Positions 21,923 to 33,439 are shown, counted from the first letter of the stretch. The stretch: 64,000 nt of DNA from Pseudomonadales bacterium (GCA_034110645.1 JAWUYU010000066.1:2266-66265), one strand, 5' to 3'. Notes: generated by a model not told the origin, from the sequence alone. Numbers and translations are program-made.

Positions 21923-24900
21923 ATGCGCACATTAACCGATAAAAAAAATATCGCCATAGATTTAGTTTGCGACTTAATAGCCAAGCGCCAAAAAAAGACT
22001 CATTCCGAAGCCATGCAGCAATTAGCGCGACTCTATTACGCCGAAAGTATTCCAGCAGAACTATTACAATTTGATGCAGACAATTTATACGGTGCGCTAT
22101 CTAGCTTATGGGATTGCGCAAAACTGCGCCATAGCAACCAAGTTAACATGCGTGTCTACAACCCTAATTATGAGGAGCATCAGTGGTACACCAGCCACAC
22201 GATTGTAGATATTGTATGTGATGACAAAGCATTCTTAGTGTCCTCCATCACTAATGCCTTAGTTCACTTAGGCCACACCATTCATATCACCACTCATCCA
22301 GTGGTGGCAGTTGAGAGAGATGTAGAAGGCCAAATCACCAGCATTTCGCCCTTCACAGGCAAAGCCGACGGCAACAATTTAGAAGCGGTAATGCGTTTTG
22401 AAATTGACCAGCAAAACGACCCAGTGGCTGTTGCTCAAATCGTGAGCACCCTTACTGGTATTATTAGTGACGTGCGCTTAGTAGTAGACGATTGGGTCCC
22501 TATGCGTGAAAAATTAGTGTCTATTATCGATACCTTAGAGTCTCAAAACCTTCCTGTTGAAGCAGAACACATGGCGGAAAATATCGCCTTCTTACGCTGG
22601 GTGGCCGATAACCATTTCACCTTTATTGGCTATCGCTCTTACGGGCTCAAAAAAGACGCTAAAACTGGCTTATGCAAACTCACTCCACAGAAAGGTACGG
22701 GGCTAGGCAGTTTTAGAGATGATAACTGTAGTGCAGAGAGCCTATCACCTAGTGTTTTATCTCAACAAAATTCAGATTTAGCCTTACGTAGCAACATGCT
22801 AGTAATGACTAAATCCACCAGCCGTTCCACTGTGCACCGCCCGGTTAACTTTGACTATCTTGGCCTTAAGCGCTTTGATAACCAAGGTAATGTGATCGGT
22901 GAGGAGCGTTTTTATGGATTATATTCCTCTGCGGCTTACACGGCCCGTATTGATGAAATTCCATTACTGAGGCGCAAAGCTGAAGACTTGCGTAAACGTA
23001 TTGAACTCTTACCAAACAGCCACAAAGGCAAAGCCTTACAGCACATACTCAACCACTACCCTCGTGACGAAATGTTACAAGCAAGCGTGGATGAGCTTTA
23101 CCCTATTATCCGTGGTGTATTAGAAACCCAAGAACGCCATCATTTACGCCTGTTTTTGCGCCTGGATACCTTTGGTCGCTTTGCTACAGCCTTGGTTTAT
23201 GTACCACGAGAGCGCTTTAATACTCAATTACGTATTAAGATGCAGCACATTCTTATGCGTGAATTCAACGGCGTAAGTGTTGATTTTAACGTCATGTTTT
23301 CGGAATTACCTTTAGCTCGCGTGCAGCTCACTGTGCACGGCAAAGACATACATAACACTCCATTTGATATTGAAGACATAGAACAGCAAATGCGCGACGC
23401 CATGCTCGCCTGGAGTGATCACTTACACGATGCTCTCAACAGCAAACAAGGCGAAGCCAAAGGCAACATACTGTTCAAGGAATATGGCCAAGCCTTTCCA
23501 CTGGCCTACCAAGAAAACTTTTCTGCACAAGTAGCCGTTATGGACTTAATGCGCTTACAGAAAATTAGTACTGACAAACCTTTGTCTACCTACCTATACC
23601 GCTCTCTGCACCAAGCAGACCAGAGCCTTAGCTTTAAAGTGTTTGGGCACGGTAAAGCAAAAGCCTTATCCGACGTGTTGCCAATTTTGGAACGCATGGG
23701 CGTAAAAGTAATCAACGCACACCCTTACACCATAAAATCTGAAGCTGGTTTAGACCAATGGATCATTGATTTTGTGATAGAAATTGATCAACAAATAAAC
23801 CTTGATGGCGCCAATGTGAAAGAGCGTTTTCAGGAAGCCTTTGGCCAGATTTATACTGGCCGCGTAGCTAACGATCGTTTTAATAGCTTGATATTAGCTG
23901 CAAACTTAACGTGGCAACAAGCTATTTTAATGCGTGCCATCAGTAGTTACTTACTGCAAATTCAAGTGCCATTTAGCCAAACGTACATGCAATCTACCTT
24001 GGTACGTAATGCCGGCATTACCCATACCTTAGTTCGTTTATTTGAGGCTCGTTTTAATCCTGATAAGCAGCAACCTCAAGAAGTTATCGACCAATTACAA
24101 GAAGATATCAGCTTGGCATTAGAGCAGGTTAGTAACCTTGATGAAGACCGTATTGTTAAGTATTTCTTGGCCGTCATTATGGCCATGTTACGTACTAACT
24201 ACTATCAAACCGATAACTCAGGTAAGCACCATGAGTACCTCTCTTGCAAATTAGACCCCAGTCTAATTCCAGGTGTACCTCTACCCTTACCTAAGTATGA
24301 AATTTTCATGTACTCAACCTGGGTGGAAGGAGTGCATCTTCGTGGCGGCAAAGTTGCCCGTGGTGGCTTACGTTGGTCCGACCGTAAAGAAGACTACCGC
24401 ACAGAGGTACTTGGTCTAGTAAAAGCACAAATGGTGAAAAATGCCGTTATTGTTCCTTTAGGTGCTAAAGGTGGTTTTGTATGTAAAAAATTACCACAGA
24501 CCCAAGACCGTGACGTACTTATGGCAGAAGTCATACGTAGCTACTCAACATTTATTCAAGCCTTACTCGACATCACCGACAACATAGTCGATAAACAAGT
24601 TGTGCCACCTAAACAGGTCGTTCGTTATGACGATGACGACCCTTATTTAGTGGTAGCTGCCGACAAAGGCACCGCCACTTTCTCTGATTTGGCTAACTCT
24701 ATTTCAGAACGTAACAGCTTTTGGCTAGGCGACGCCTTTGCTTCTGGTGGCGCTAACGGCTACGACCATAAGAAAATGGGCATTACCGCTCGTGGTGCGT
24801 GGGAATCCGTTAAACGCTTATTTGCCGAACAAGGCCGAGATTGCCAAACCCAAGACTTCACCGCCGTAGGCGTGGGAGACATGGCCGGTGATGTATTTGG

Positions 24901-26734
24901 CAACGGTATGCTTTTGTCAGAACACATCTGTTTACAAGCGGCGTTTAACCATTTGCATATTTTTATAGACCCCAAACCTGATGCAGCCACCTCTTTTGTT
25001 GAACGTCAGCGTTTATTTAACCTGCCACGCTCCAGCTGGAGTGATTATGAACTTAAACTCATTTCTAAAGGCGGTGGTCTATTTGAGCGTTCAGCCAAGT
25101 CCATCAAACTAAGCCCACAAATACAAAGCATGATCGGTACAGATGCTAAAAAAATGACGCCTAACGAGCTGATTCATGCGTTGCTAAAAATGCCAGCAGA
25201 TCTGTTTTGGAACGGCGGCATTGGTACTTATGTTAAAGCCAGTAGCGAAAGCCATAGTGATATTGGCGACCCTGCAAATGACAACTTACGAGTTAATGGC
25301 AATCAATTAGGCGCCAAAGTCATTGGCGAAGGCGGCAACCTTGGTTTCTCTCAACATGGGCGTATCGAGTTTGCCCAAGCTGGGGGTTATATCAACACCG
25401 ACGCCATCGACAACTCTGCAGGTGTTGATAGTTCGGACCATGAAGTTAACATCAAAATATTGCTCAGCCAGTTGGTTGATGCTGGCGACATGACTATAAA
25501 GCAACGCAACACTTTGCTAGCTAGCATGACCGATGAAGTAGGTGACCTAGTACTAAGTCACAATTACCATCAAACCTTAGTTTTGAGCATTGCTGAAGGC
25601 CAAGCATGTGCTCGCTTAAGTGATCATAAGCGTCTAATACATAGCTTAGAGAAACAAGGTCGCCTTAATCGCAACTTGGAAGGCTTACCAGATGACGCCA
25701 ACATGGACGAGCGAGCCCGCGTGCAATCTGGCTTAACCCGTCCAGAAATTGCCGTATTATTGGCTTACAGTAAAATGCGTTTATTCGATGAACTCATGGC
25801 CGCAGACATCGGCAATGACAGCTATTTAGCGCGTAGCCTAGAAGATTACTTCCCCAAAGTTTTAAGTAAAAAGTATGCTGCTGCAATAGGCTCTCACCCA
25901 TTACGCAGTGAAATTATTGCTACCCATGTCACCAATCAAATTGGTAACCGTATGGGTGCTACCTTCTGTAATTATTTACAAGAAGAAATGGGCGCTCAGG
26001 CAGGTGATATGGCCCGAGCCTTTACCGCAGCTTGCGACATTATAGATGCCCAAAGCTTATGGAGTGAGCTAGATCGAATCACCTTGATACTAGACTACAA
26101 ACAGTCCATGAAGTTACATAAGAACATTCAGACCTTATTGGAAGATCTCACCTTGTGGCTATTAAGCCGTCACCAAGGCGAGTCTATCCAAACCATGGTA
26201 GATCTGTATCAAAAGCCTATGGCTGATTATTATGGTGAACTTGCGAATTTATTACCTCAAGCTTCAGCCCAGCGTATCAATGATCAAGCTAATGAGCTTA
26301 CAGCTAAAGGCGCTGAAGAGAGTGCTAGTAAGCGTTTAAGTCAACTCGAGTTTTTGTACCACGGCTTAGATGTAACTCAAGTGGCTAGCCAATGTAACAC
26401 CCAAGTAATAATTGCTGCCCAAACTTGGTACGGTTTGTATGAACGTTTCCAAGGTGATTGGCTTAACCAAGCCATTGCTAACTTGCCTAGCCAAGATCCA
26501 TGGCAACGAAAAGCTAGAGCTAGCCTTAAGCAAGAGTTTGAAACCAGCTTAGCTCAATTGACCCAAGCGGTCATTTCCAGCGACCAGAGCATTGCATGGG
26601 AATTACGCAACCACGCATTGATTGAGCGTTGTTTAAGTATTTTTGGTGAATTACAAAGTAATGCCAATATAAATTTGGCAATGCTGTCAGTAGCTGTGCG
26701 AGAGATCGCCAAGCTTAAGACCAGCTGTGCTTAA
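21923..26734 (+). CDS. gdhB: Large NAD-specific glutamate dehydrogenase
   Basis: 1603 aa; RGGLRWSDR, AADKGTATFSD, GYDHKKMGITARGAW, GDMAGDVFGNG. Confidence 0.95.
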   Translation: MRTLTDKKNIAIDLVCDLIAKRQKKTHSEAMQQLARLYYAESIPAELLQFDADNLYGALSSLWDCAKLRHSNQVNMRVYNPNYEEHQWYTSHTIVDIVCDDKAFLVSSITNALVHLGHTIHITTHPVVAVERDVEGQITSISPFTGKADGNNLEAVMRFEIDQQNDPVAVAQIVSTLTGIISDVRLVVDDWVPMREKLVSIIDTLESQNLPVEAEHMAENIAFLRWVADNHFTFIGYRSYGLKKDAKTGLCKLTPQKGTGLGSFRDDNCSAESLSPSVLSQQNSDLALRSNMLVMTKSTSRSTVHRPVNFDYLGLKRFDNQGNVIGEERFYGLYSSAAYTARIDEIPLLRRKAEDLRKRIELLPNSHKGKALQHILNHYPRDEMLQASVDELYPIIRGVLETQERHHLRLFLRLDTFGRFATALVYVPRERFNTQLRIKMQHILMREFNGVSVDFNVMFSELPLARVQLTVHGKDIHNTPFDIEDIEQQMRDAMLAWSDHLHDALNSKQGEAKGNILFKEYGQAFPLAYQENFSAQVAVMDLMRLQKISTDKPLSTYLYRSLHQADQSLSFKVFGHGKAKALSDVLPILERMGVKVINAHPYTIKSEAGLDQWIIDFVIEIDQQINLDGANVKERFQEAFGQIYTGRVANDRFNSLILAANLTWQQAILMRAISSYLLQIQVPFSQTYMQSTLVRNAGITHTLVRLFEARFNPDKQQPQEVIDQLQEDISLALEQVSNLDEDRIVKYFLAVIMAMLRTNYYQTDNSGKHHEYLSCKLDPSLIPGVPLPLPKYEIFMYSTWVEGVHLRGGKVARGGLRWSDRKEDYRTEVLGLVKAQMVKNAVIVPLGAKGGFVCKKLPQTQDRDVLMAEVIRSYSTFIQALLDITDNIVDKQVVPPKQVVRYDDDDPYLVVAADKGTATFSDLANSISERNSFWLGDAFASGGANGYDHKKMGITARGAWESVKRLFAEQGRDCQTQDFTAVGVGDMAGDVFGNGMLLSEHICLQAAFNHLHIFIDPKPDAATSFVERQRLFNLPRSSWSDYELKLISKGGGLFERSAKSIKLSPQIQSMIGTDAKKMTPNELIHALLKMPADLFWNGGIGTYVKASSESHSDIGDPANDNLRVNGNQLGAKVIGEGGNLGFSQHGRIEFAQAGGYINTDAIDNSAGVDSSDHEVNIKILLSQLVDAGDMTIKQRNTLLASMTDEVGDLVLSHNYHQTLVLSIAEGQACARLSDHKRLIHSLEKQGRLNRNLEGLPDDANMDERARVQSGLTRPEIAVLLAYSKMRLFDELMAADIGNDSYLARSLEDYFPKVLSKKYAAAIGSHPLRSEIIATHVTNQIGNRMGATFCNYLQEEMGAQAGDMARAFTAACDIIDAQSLWSELDRITLILDYKQSMKLHKNIQTLLEDLTLWLLSRHQGESIQTMVDLYQKPMADYYGELANLLPQASAQRINDQANELTAKGAEESASKRLSQLEFLYHGLDVTQVASQCNTQVIIAAQTWYGLYERFQGDWLNQAIANLPSQDPWQRKARASLKQEFETSLAQLTQAVISSDQSIAWELRNHALIERCLSIFGELQSNANINLAMLSVAVREIAKLKTSCA

Positions 26735-26762
26735 CCATTAACGTGTTTTAAGTAACGAATAG

Positions 26763-28001
<1,239 letters not shown>

Positions 28002-28009
28002 TACAACTC

Positions 28010-29281
28010 ATGACTGACCTGACTGTAAATAATGAATTGGAAGCACAAACCTTAGAATGGATTGCTACGCAGCAACAAGTCATGCAACAAGACCTTTGGA
28101 CCTTGGCCGAAATTAACTCTGGTAGCTACAATGTGGCCGGAGTTAACAAGGTGGCAGATACCTTGGCCCAGTGGAGCAAAAAGCTAGATTGCGGATTGGA
28201 ATTTATCGATATGCCACCACAAGATGTGGTGGACGATCTAGGCCAACTCAATCAAAAGCCTTTAGGCCGTGCGCTGCGTTTATTTAAGCGTCCACAAGCA
28301 CCTACACAGGTATTTTTGTGTGCTCATATGGACACTGTTTTTCCTATTGATCATCCGTTTCAGAAGATCACACAACTAGACGACGACATTATTAACGGCC
28401 CAGGCGTGGCCGATCTAAAAGGTGGTATTGTGGTGATGTTTAAGGCCTTAGAAGCTTTTGAACGCAGCCCATTACAAGATCAATTAGGTTGGGAAATCTT
28501 GTTTAACCCAGACGAAGAAATCGGTTCGCCAAGTTCTTCTAAGTTATTTCCAGAAATTGCCAAACGCCATCACTTAGGTTTAATTTACGAACCTTCCTTT
28601 GCCGATGGTAATTTAGCCGGTGCCCGTAAAGGCAGTGGTAACTTTGCCGTGGTAACACGGGGCAAAGCCGCTCACGCTGGCCGTGAACACCACTTAGGTC
28701 GTAACGCTATTCGTGCCATGGCAGACTTCACCTGCGCCTTGGATGACCTTAATGGCCAGCAGCAGGGCATCACTATTAATCCAGGTTTTGTACAGGGCGG
28801 CGGAGCCGTTAATATCGTGCCCGACACCTGCACTATGCGTTTTAACATTCGTATTGAAGACAGTGCTCAACAAGGCTGGTGTGAAGACCAAATAGCAGCC
28901 ATTCTAGCCAACATTAACGCCAGTGACGGTATTAGTATTGAGCTGCACGGAGGCTTTGGTCGCCAACCTAAGATTCTAAGCCCTGCTAACCAAGAGTTGT
29001 GTAAATTGGTTCAGTCTTGCGGTAAAAGCCTTGGCCTAAACCTTGAGTTTTTACCCACCGGTGGCTGTTGTGATGGCAACAACTTAGCAGCTGCAGGCTT
29101 ACCTAACATTGACACTTTAGGTGTTCAAGGTGGCAAAATCCACAGTAGTGATGAATACATGCACTTGTCTAGTTTAACCACTCGCTCACAACTGAGTGCC
29201 TTAATTTTATTGCGCTTAGCTCAAAGCAAAGACCTTTCTTGGCTGCACCGTGACAGCATGAATAATAGTGTGACGCCATGA
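28010..29281 (+). CDS. M20-family (carboxypeptidase G2-like) metallohydrolase
   Basis: HMDTVF, GPGVADLKGG, DEEIGS, GKAAHAG, DGN, IHS..E. Confidence 0.85.
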   Translation: MTDLTVNNELEAQTLEWIATQQQVMQQDLWTLAEINSGSYNVAGVNKVADTLAQWSKKLDCGLEFIDMPPQDVVDDLGQLNQKPLGRALRLFKRPQAPTQVFLCAHMDTVFPIDHPFQKITQLDDDIINGPGVADLKGGIVVMFKALEAFERSPLQDQLGWEILFNPDEEIGSPSSSKLFPEIAKRHHLGLIYEPSFADGNLAGARKGSGNFAVVTRGKAAHAGREHHLGRNAIRAMADFTCALDDLNGQQQGITINPGFVQGGGAVNIVPDTCTMRFNIRIEDSAQQGWCEDQIAAILANINASDGISIELHGGFGRQPKILSPANQELCKLVQSCGKSLGLNLEFLPTGGCCDGNNLAAAGLPNIDTLGVQGGKIHSSDEYMHLSSLTTRSQLSALILLRLAQSKDLSWLHRDSMNNSVTP

Positions 29282-29294
29282 ATAATAGTGTGAC
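29250..29294. repeat. 20-bp tandem repeat spanning the M20 hydrolase stop codon
   Basis: GTGACAGCATGAATAATAGT GTGACGCCATGAATAATAGT GTGAC. Confidence 0.85.
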
Positions 29295-29327
29295 TATTAT
29301 GAGCAACAACAATATGGAGAGTAGCTA

Positions 29328-30335
29328 GTGTTAATCGTTCGGCCCATTAAAAGTGATGACAGCAAAGCCTTTGTCGACTTCGCTGCTGCTGCTGGCGTGG
29401 GCCATACCAACTTGCCGAATCATCCCAAACGATTGGCGCAAAAAATAAACCATAGCGAATTGTCTTTTGCCGCCTCCGTAGAACAAGCAGGTGAAGAAGC
29501 TTATACCTTTGTCATGCAAGATACTCAAACTGAACGCTTAGTCGGCACCTGTACCGTAGATGCAGCAGTGGGTTTAAGTGAGCCATTTTTCAGCTACCGC
29601 GTGGATCAAGTGGTGCATACGTCAAGCGATTTGAACATTCACAACCGTATTCCGGCGCTGCATTTAGGCCACGATTACACAGGGGCTTCACGCCTTAGTT
29701 CGTTCTACTTAGAGACAGATTACCGATGTAATTTTTACGATCAACTATTGTCTAAATCTCGCCTGTTATTTATGGCCTGTTTCCCAGAGCGATTTGCCGC
29801 CACCACTATTGCCGAAATTAAAGGGGTGATCGATGAACTAGGCATATCACCGTTTTGGGAAGCTGTAGGCCGCCACTTTTTCACCATGGATTTTGCCGAG
29901 GCCGATTTATTGACCGCCTCCACTAACAAACACTTTATTGCCAACCTAATGCCACGTTATCCGCTTTATATCCCTTTATTAAGCGACACTGCTCAAGCTG
30001 TAATTGGTCATCATCATAGCGATGTAGAAGACATCGTTAACATCCTCGAACATGAAGGTTTACACTTCGAAGGCCATATAGACATTTTTGATGCTGGGCC
30101 TATTTTAGAAGTACGCACTCGTCATATTCGCGCTATTCGCCACGCAGAGCAAACCCAAGCATCAGCGGGTGACGAAGTGTTACAAGGTAAACGTGTGCTG
30201 GTATGTAACAACAGCTGTCACGACTTCCGTTGCATTATTGCTCGTATGAGCGGTAACACATTAGTACTTAGCACCACCCAACTACACGGCTTACAAGTAG
30301 TTGCGGGCAACACGCTGACTTACTGTCAGCTGTGA
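29328..30335 (+). CDS. aruF: Arginine N-succinyltransferase alpha subunit
   Basis: AstA-fold motifs LLSKSRLLF, SPFWEAVGRHFF, IDIFDAGP; the more divergent of two paralogs. Confidence 0.85.
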   Translation: MLIVRPIKSDDSKAFVDFAAAAGVGHTNLPNHPKRLAQKINHSELSFAASVEQAGEEAYTFVMQDTQTERLVGTCTVDAAVGLSEPFFSYRVDQVVHTSSDLNIHNRIPALHLGHDYTGASRLSSFYLETDYRCNFYDQLLSKSRLLFMACFPERFAATTIAEIKGVIDELGISPFWEAVGRHFFTMDFAEADLLTASTNKHFIANLMPRYPLYIPLLSDTAQAVIGHHHSDVEDIVNILEHEGLHFEGHIDIFDAGPILEVRTRHIRAIRHAEQTQASAGDEVLQGKRVLVCNNSCHDFRCIIARMSGNTLVLSTTQLHGLQVVAGNTLTYCQL

Positions 30336-30366
30336 CAGGGGTAGACAAGGAATTAGTTAATGATCC

Positions 30367-30506
30367 GGCTCCGTTGCAAACAGCTTAGCAGATCGAATTT
30401 ATTTTGTGGCTACCACTTTCTAGCTCTTTTCTATTTTAGGAGCATAGCACTGAACCCAGCGATAAATAGTATTGTGATCAACTTTAATACCTCATTCACA
30501 GAGCAT
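30367..30506 (-). mobile_element. IS6-family (IS26-like) remnant: terminal IR plus disrupted transposase fragment
   Basis: GGCTCCGTTGCAAA at 30367 resembles the IS26 IR GGCACTGTTGCAAA; minus strand reads MLCE*GIKVDHNTIYRWVQCYAPKIEK versus Tnp26 MLAERGVNVDHSTIYRWVQRYAPEMEK. Confidence 0.85.
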
Positions 30507-30641
30507 ATTAAAAATCTGGTCAGGTGGTCTGGAAGTAACGGCCCAAATCATAGCGGTATTTAGAACGATCCAATTGCCAACAATGATGCACTCCACACAA
30601 ATGTCAATGCGGACCGTTCGGTTTGGAAGGTGTATGTAAAA

Positions 30642-31406
30642 TTACGCAAGAATAGATTTTATATACGGGCCTACGGCATCTACACCGTTATCTTCCATCA
30701 CACGAATAGCTTCTGAACCAATGATAGCAATATCAGCTTTGCCGCGGATGTAGTCAAAGTCAGCTTTGGTTTTTACTCCAAAACCCAAAGCCAGTGGCAG
30801 GTCTGTGGCTAGGCGACACTCGGCTAAGTAATCACCTAGGTCATTATCAAACTGAGTATTCTTACCGGTTACTCCTTTACGCGCCACGGTGTAAATAAAA
30901 CCAGAGGTGTGACTATTTATGTACTGCTTGCGTGCCATAGGGCTGTTAGGCGTGAAGATATGCACAGGGTCTAAGCCGTGCTTTTGCATAGCTTGCAAGT
31001 AATCACCACCTTCCTCGGGGGGTAAATCTGGGATGATTGCACCTTTTATGTTGATGTCTTTCATCTTAGCAACAAAGTCATCTACACCGTATTTGTAGAG
31101 GATGTTGTAGTAGGTCATAAACAAAAACGGTATATCAAAAGCAGCTGTAATCTTCTCGGCCATGGCCAAGCTCTTGTCCATAGTGGCGCCTGCCTTTAAG
31201 GCTCCTGCGTTGGCCTTAATAATCACGGGGCCATCTGCCATAGGTTCAGAAAAGGGAATCTGCAACTCCATCAAATCAACACCAGCTTCCACCATGTTTT
31301 CTACAAGCCGCATGGCATCATCATAAGACGGGTAGCCTAGTACGATGTGAGTCATCAGCAACAAGTCTTTTTGCTGTAAACGCTGCTTTATATATTGCTC
31401 CAACAT
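30642..31406 (-). CDS. trpA: Tryptophan synthase alpha chain (probable accessory paralog)
   Basis: MELQIPFSEPMADGPVI with catalytic Glu/Asp, PDLP, GVTG, GFGV. Confidence 0.93.
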   Translation of the reverse strand: MLEQYIKQRLQQKDLLLMTHIVLGYPSYDDAMRLVENMVEAGVDLMELQIPFSEPMADGPVIIKANAGALKAGATMDKSLAMAEKITAAFDIPFLFMTYYNILYKYGVDDFVAKMKDINIKGAIIPDLPPEEGGDYLQAMQKHGLDPVHIFTPNSPMARKQYINSHTSGFIYTVARKGVTGKNTQFDNDLGDYLAECRLATDLPLALGFGVKTKADFDYIRGKADIAIIGSEAIRVMEDNGVDAVGPYIKSILA

Positions 31407-31408
31407 GA

Positions 31409-32680
31409 TTACTTGTCTCCTTTATTGGCCGCGGCTTCAGAAGCGGCACGTGCTCGGTATTCATCGGCTTTAGTAATAATAAAGTCGCGCCATTTTGGAT
31501 CATCAATTGCATCTGCAACGGTAAAGATATCTTTATCAGCACGGCCTGATTGGTTGATTAAAATAATTTCATCTTTACCCATGGTTGGTGCTTCTTTAAA
31601 AGCTTGGGCAAAGGCATGGGATGACTCTAAGGCCGGGATCAAACCTTCCTTCTTTACGGTTAGCTGCATAGCGGCTACAACTTCATTATCTGTGGCAGCT
31701 TCAACACGCACACGCCCAGTTTCATGAAGGTTGGCCAAAATTGGTGACACGCCCACATAGTCTAGGCCAGCAGATACAGAGTGAGTCTCCATCATCTGGC
31801 CACCCTCATCTTGCAGGAAGTAAGTTTTGTAACCTTGAGCGACACCCACACTGGCACCATCGTAAGCCAAGCGCGAAGCGTGTTCGCCGATACCTTTACC
31901 ACGGCCACCGGCTTCAACGCCAACAAGTTGTACGTCTTTGTCGTCCATAAAACCGCTAAATATACCCATTGCATTAGAGCCGCCACCCACACAAGCATAC
32001 ACACGATCTGGCAAGCGACCTTTGCGGTCTAGCATCTGCTCGCGTGCTTCGGTGCCAATGATTGATTGGAACCAAGATACCATTTCTGGGAATGGGTAAG
32101 GACCGCAAGCCGTACCCAACACATAATGCGTGTCATCCATATTGGTTACCCAGTCGCGAAAGGCCTCATTAATGGCGTCTTTTAAAGTGGCGCTGCCGTC
32201 TTCCACAGGAATAACCGTGGCACCCATTTGTTCCATCCAAAATACATTTGGGCGTTGGCGTGCTACGTCTACGGCACCCATATAAATGGTGCAGTCAAAA
32301 CCAAACTTGGCCGCCATGGTGGCAGTGGCCACACCATGTTGCCCTGCGCCAGTTTCGGCAATAACACGCTTTTTGCCCATACGCTTGGTTAACAAACCCT
32401 GACCCATAACATTGTTGGCCTTGTGTGCCCCCGTGTGGTTCAGGTCTTCACGTTTAACGTAAATCTGTGCGCCTCCAAAATGCTCAGTCAGGTTCTCGGC
32501 AAAGGTAATGGGCGTTGCACGGCATGAATAGGTAGACATTATATCCACATATTCTTGCCAAAATTCTGGATCAGCCTTAGCTGCCAAATAGGCCGCCTCT
32601 AGCTCATCAAATGTGGGTGCCAATATTTCTGGAATAAAGGCACCGCCAAACTGATTAAAGTAACCACGATTTATCATCAC
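31409..32680 (-). CDS. trpB: Tryptophan synthase beta chain (probable accessory paralog)
   Basis: KREDLNHTGAHK (PLP lysine), IAETGAGQHG, CVGGGSN, PALESSHA. Confidence 0.95.
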   Translation of the reverse strand: MMINRGYFNQFGGAFIPEILAPTFDELEAAYLAAKADPEFWQEYVDIMSTYSCRATPITFAENLTEHFGGAQIYVKREDLNHTGAHKANNVMGQGLLTKRMGKKRVIAETGAGQHGVATATMAAKFGFDCTIYMGAVDVARQRPNVFWMEQMGATVIPVEDGSATLKDAINEAFRDWVTNMDDTHYVLGTACGPYPFPEMVSWFQSIIGTEAREQMLDRKGRLPDRVYACVGGGSNAMGIFSGFMDDKDVQLVGVEAGGRGKGIGEHASRLAYDGASVGVAQGYKTYFLQDEGGQMMETHSVSAGLDYVGVSPILANLHETGRVRVEAATDNEVVAAMQLTVKKEGLIPALESSHAFAQAFKEAPTMGKDEIILINQSGRADKDIFTVADAIDDPKWRDFIITKADEYRARAASEAAANKGDK

Positions 32681-32686
32681 ATCATC

Positions 32687-33439
32687 CTAAGAGTGGGTAT
32701 GTATTGTTTGGGAAAAATTAAACCGATCTGTGCGACACACAATATCACAATAGATTGCGCCCTCTACCGAGCCAAAATGTAACTTGCGTGCAACGTGTAG
32801 TAACGGCAATTTGTTATTAATTTGCATTAGTTCCGCTAACTTACGGCTGGGGAACATAATGTGAAAATTTTGATCAGCACTGGTGGCAGTATAAAAATAC
32901 TGTTGTTTTACCTGTGCAGACAATGACTGACTGGGCTGAAAGTGCTTAGCAAAATTCGCAAACACATCGGTGTTTAAGTAGAAGGTTTCCAGCAAAGCAG
33001 GCTCTGCGTCTATATGGGTTAGCCGCTGTAGTTGATATGCACTAGCAAACCCCATCTTGGCTTCATCTACGCTAACCAGTTCAGGTGTCTGCAACCATTC
33101 ACTTGTGGCGTCAACGTTGCTAGCCTGCAATGCCTCACCTGTACCACTTAAGGATAGTAAATCGATACGTTTGGCTTTTGGTAGCACATAGGTGCCAGAG
33201 CCACGGCGGCGCTGTAAGGCACCTTCGCGTACCAACAAGTCTGTGGCTTGGCGTACGGTAGGCCGGCCAATGCCATAGGTTTGAGCTAAGTCATATTCAG
33301 AGGGGATTTTTTCTTGCTCTGGCAGTAATCCCGCGTCCATAGCACCACGTAATAGCTCAGCAAGTTGCTGATAAAGCGGCACTGGAGATGCTTGATTGAG
33401 CATGGGGGGCGAAGCAAGAGCCGCGGACATCGTTGGCAA
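32687..33439 (-). CDS. GntR-family (HutC/UTRA subfamily) transcriptional regulator
   Basis: PLYQQL..IPSEYDLAQTYGIGRPTVRQA..RRRGSGTYV winged HTH plus UTRA-like C-terminus; RBS AGAGG before the TTG start. Confidence 0.9.
   Translation of the reverse strand: MPTMSAALASPPMLNQASPVPLYQQLAELLRGAMDAGLLPEQEKIPSEYDLAQTYGIGRPTVRQATDLLVREGALQRRRGSGTYVLPKAKRIDLLSLSGTGEALQASNVDATSEWLQTPELVSVDEAKMGFASAYQLQRLTHIDAEPALLETFYLNTDVFANFAKHFQPSQSLSAQVKQQYFYTATSADQNFHIMFPSRKLAELMQINNKLPLLHVARKLHFGSVEGAIYCDIVCRTDRFNFSQTIHTHS

Noticed and set aside
30360-30563. 67-aa plus-strand ORF after aruF
   Set aside because: It is the antisense reading of the IS6 remnant and has no recognisable protein features.
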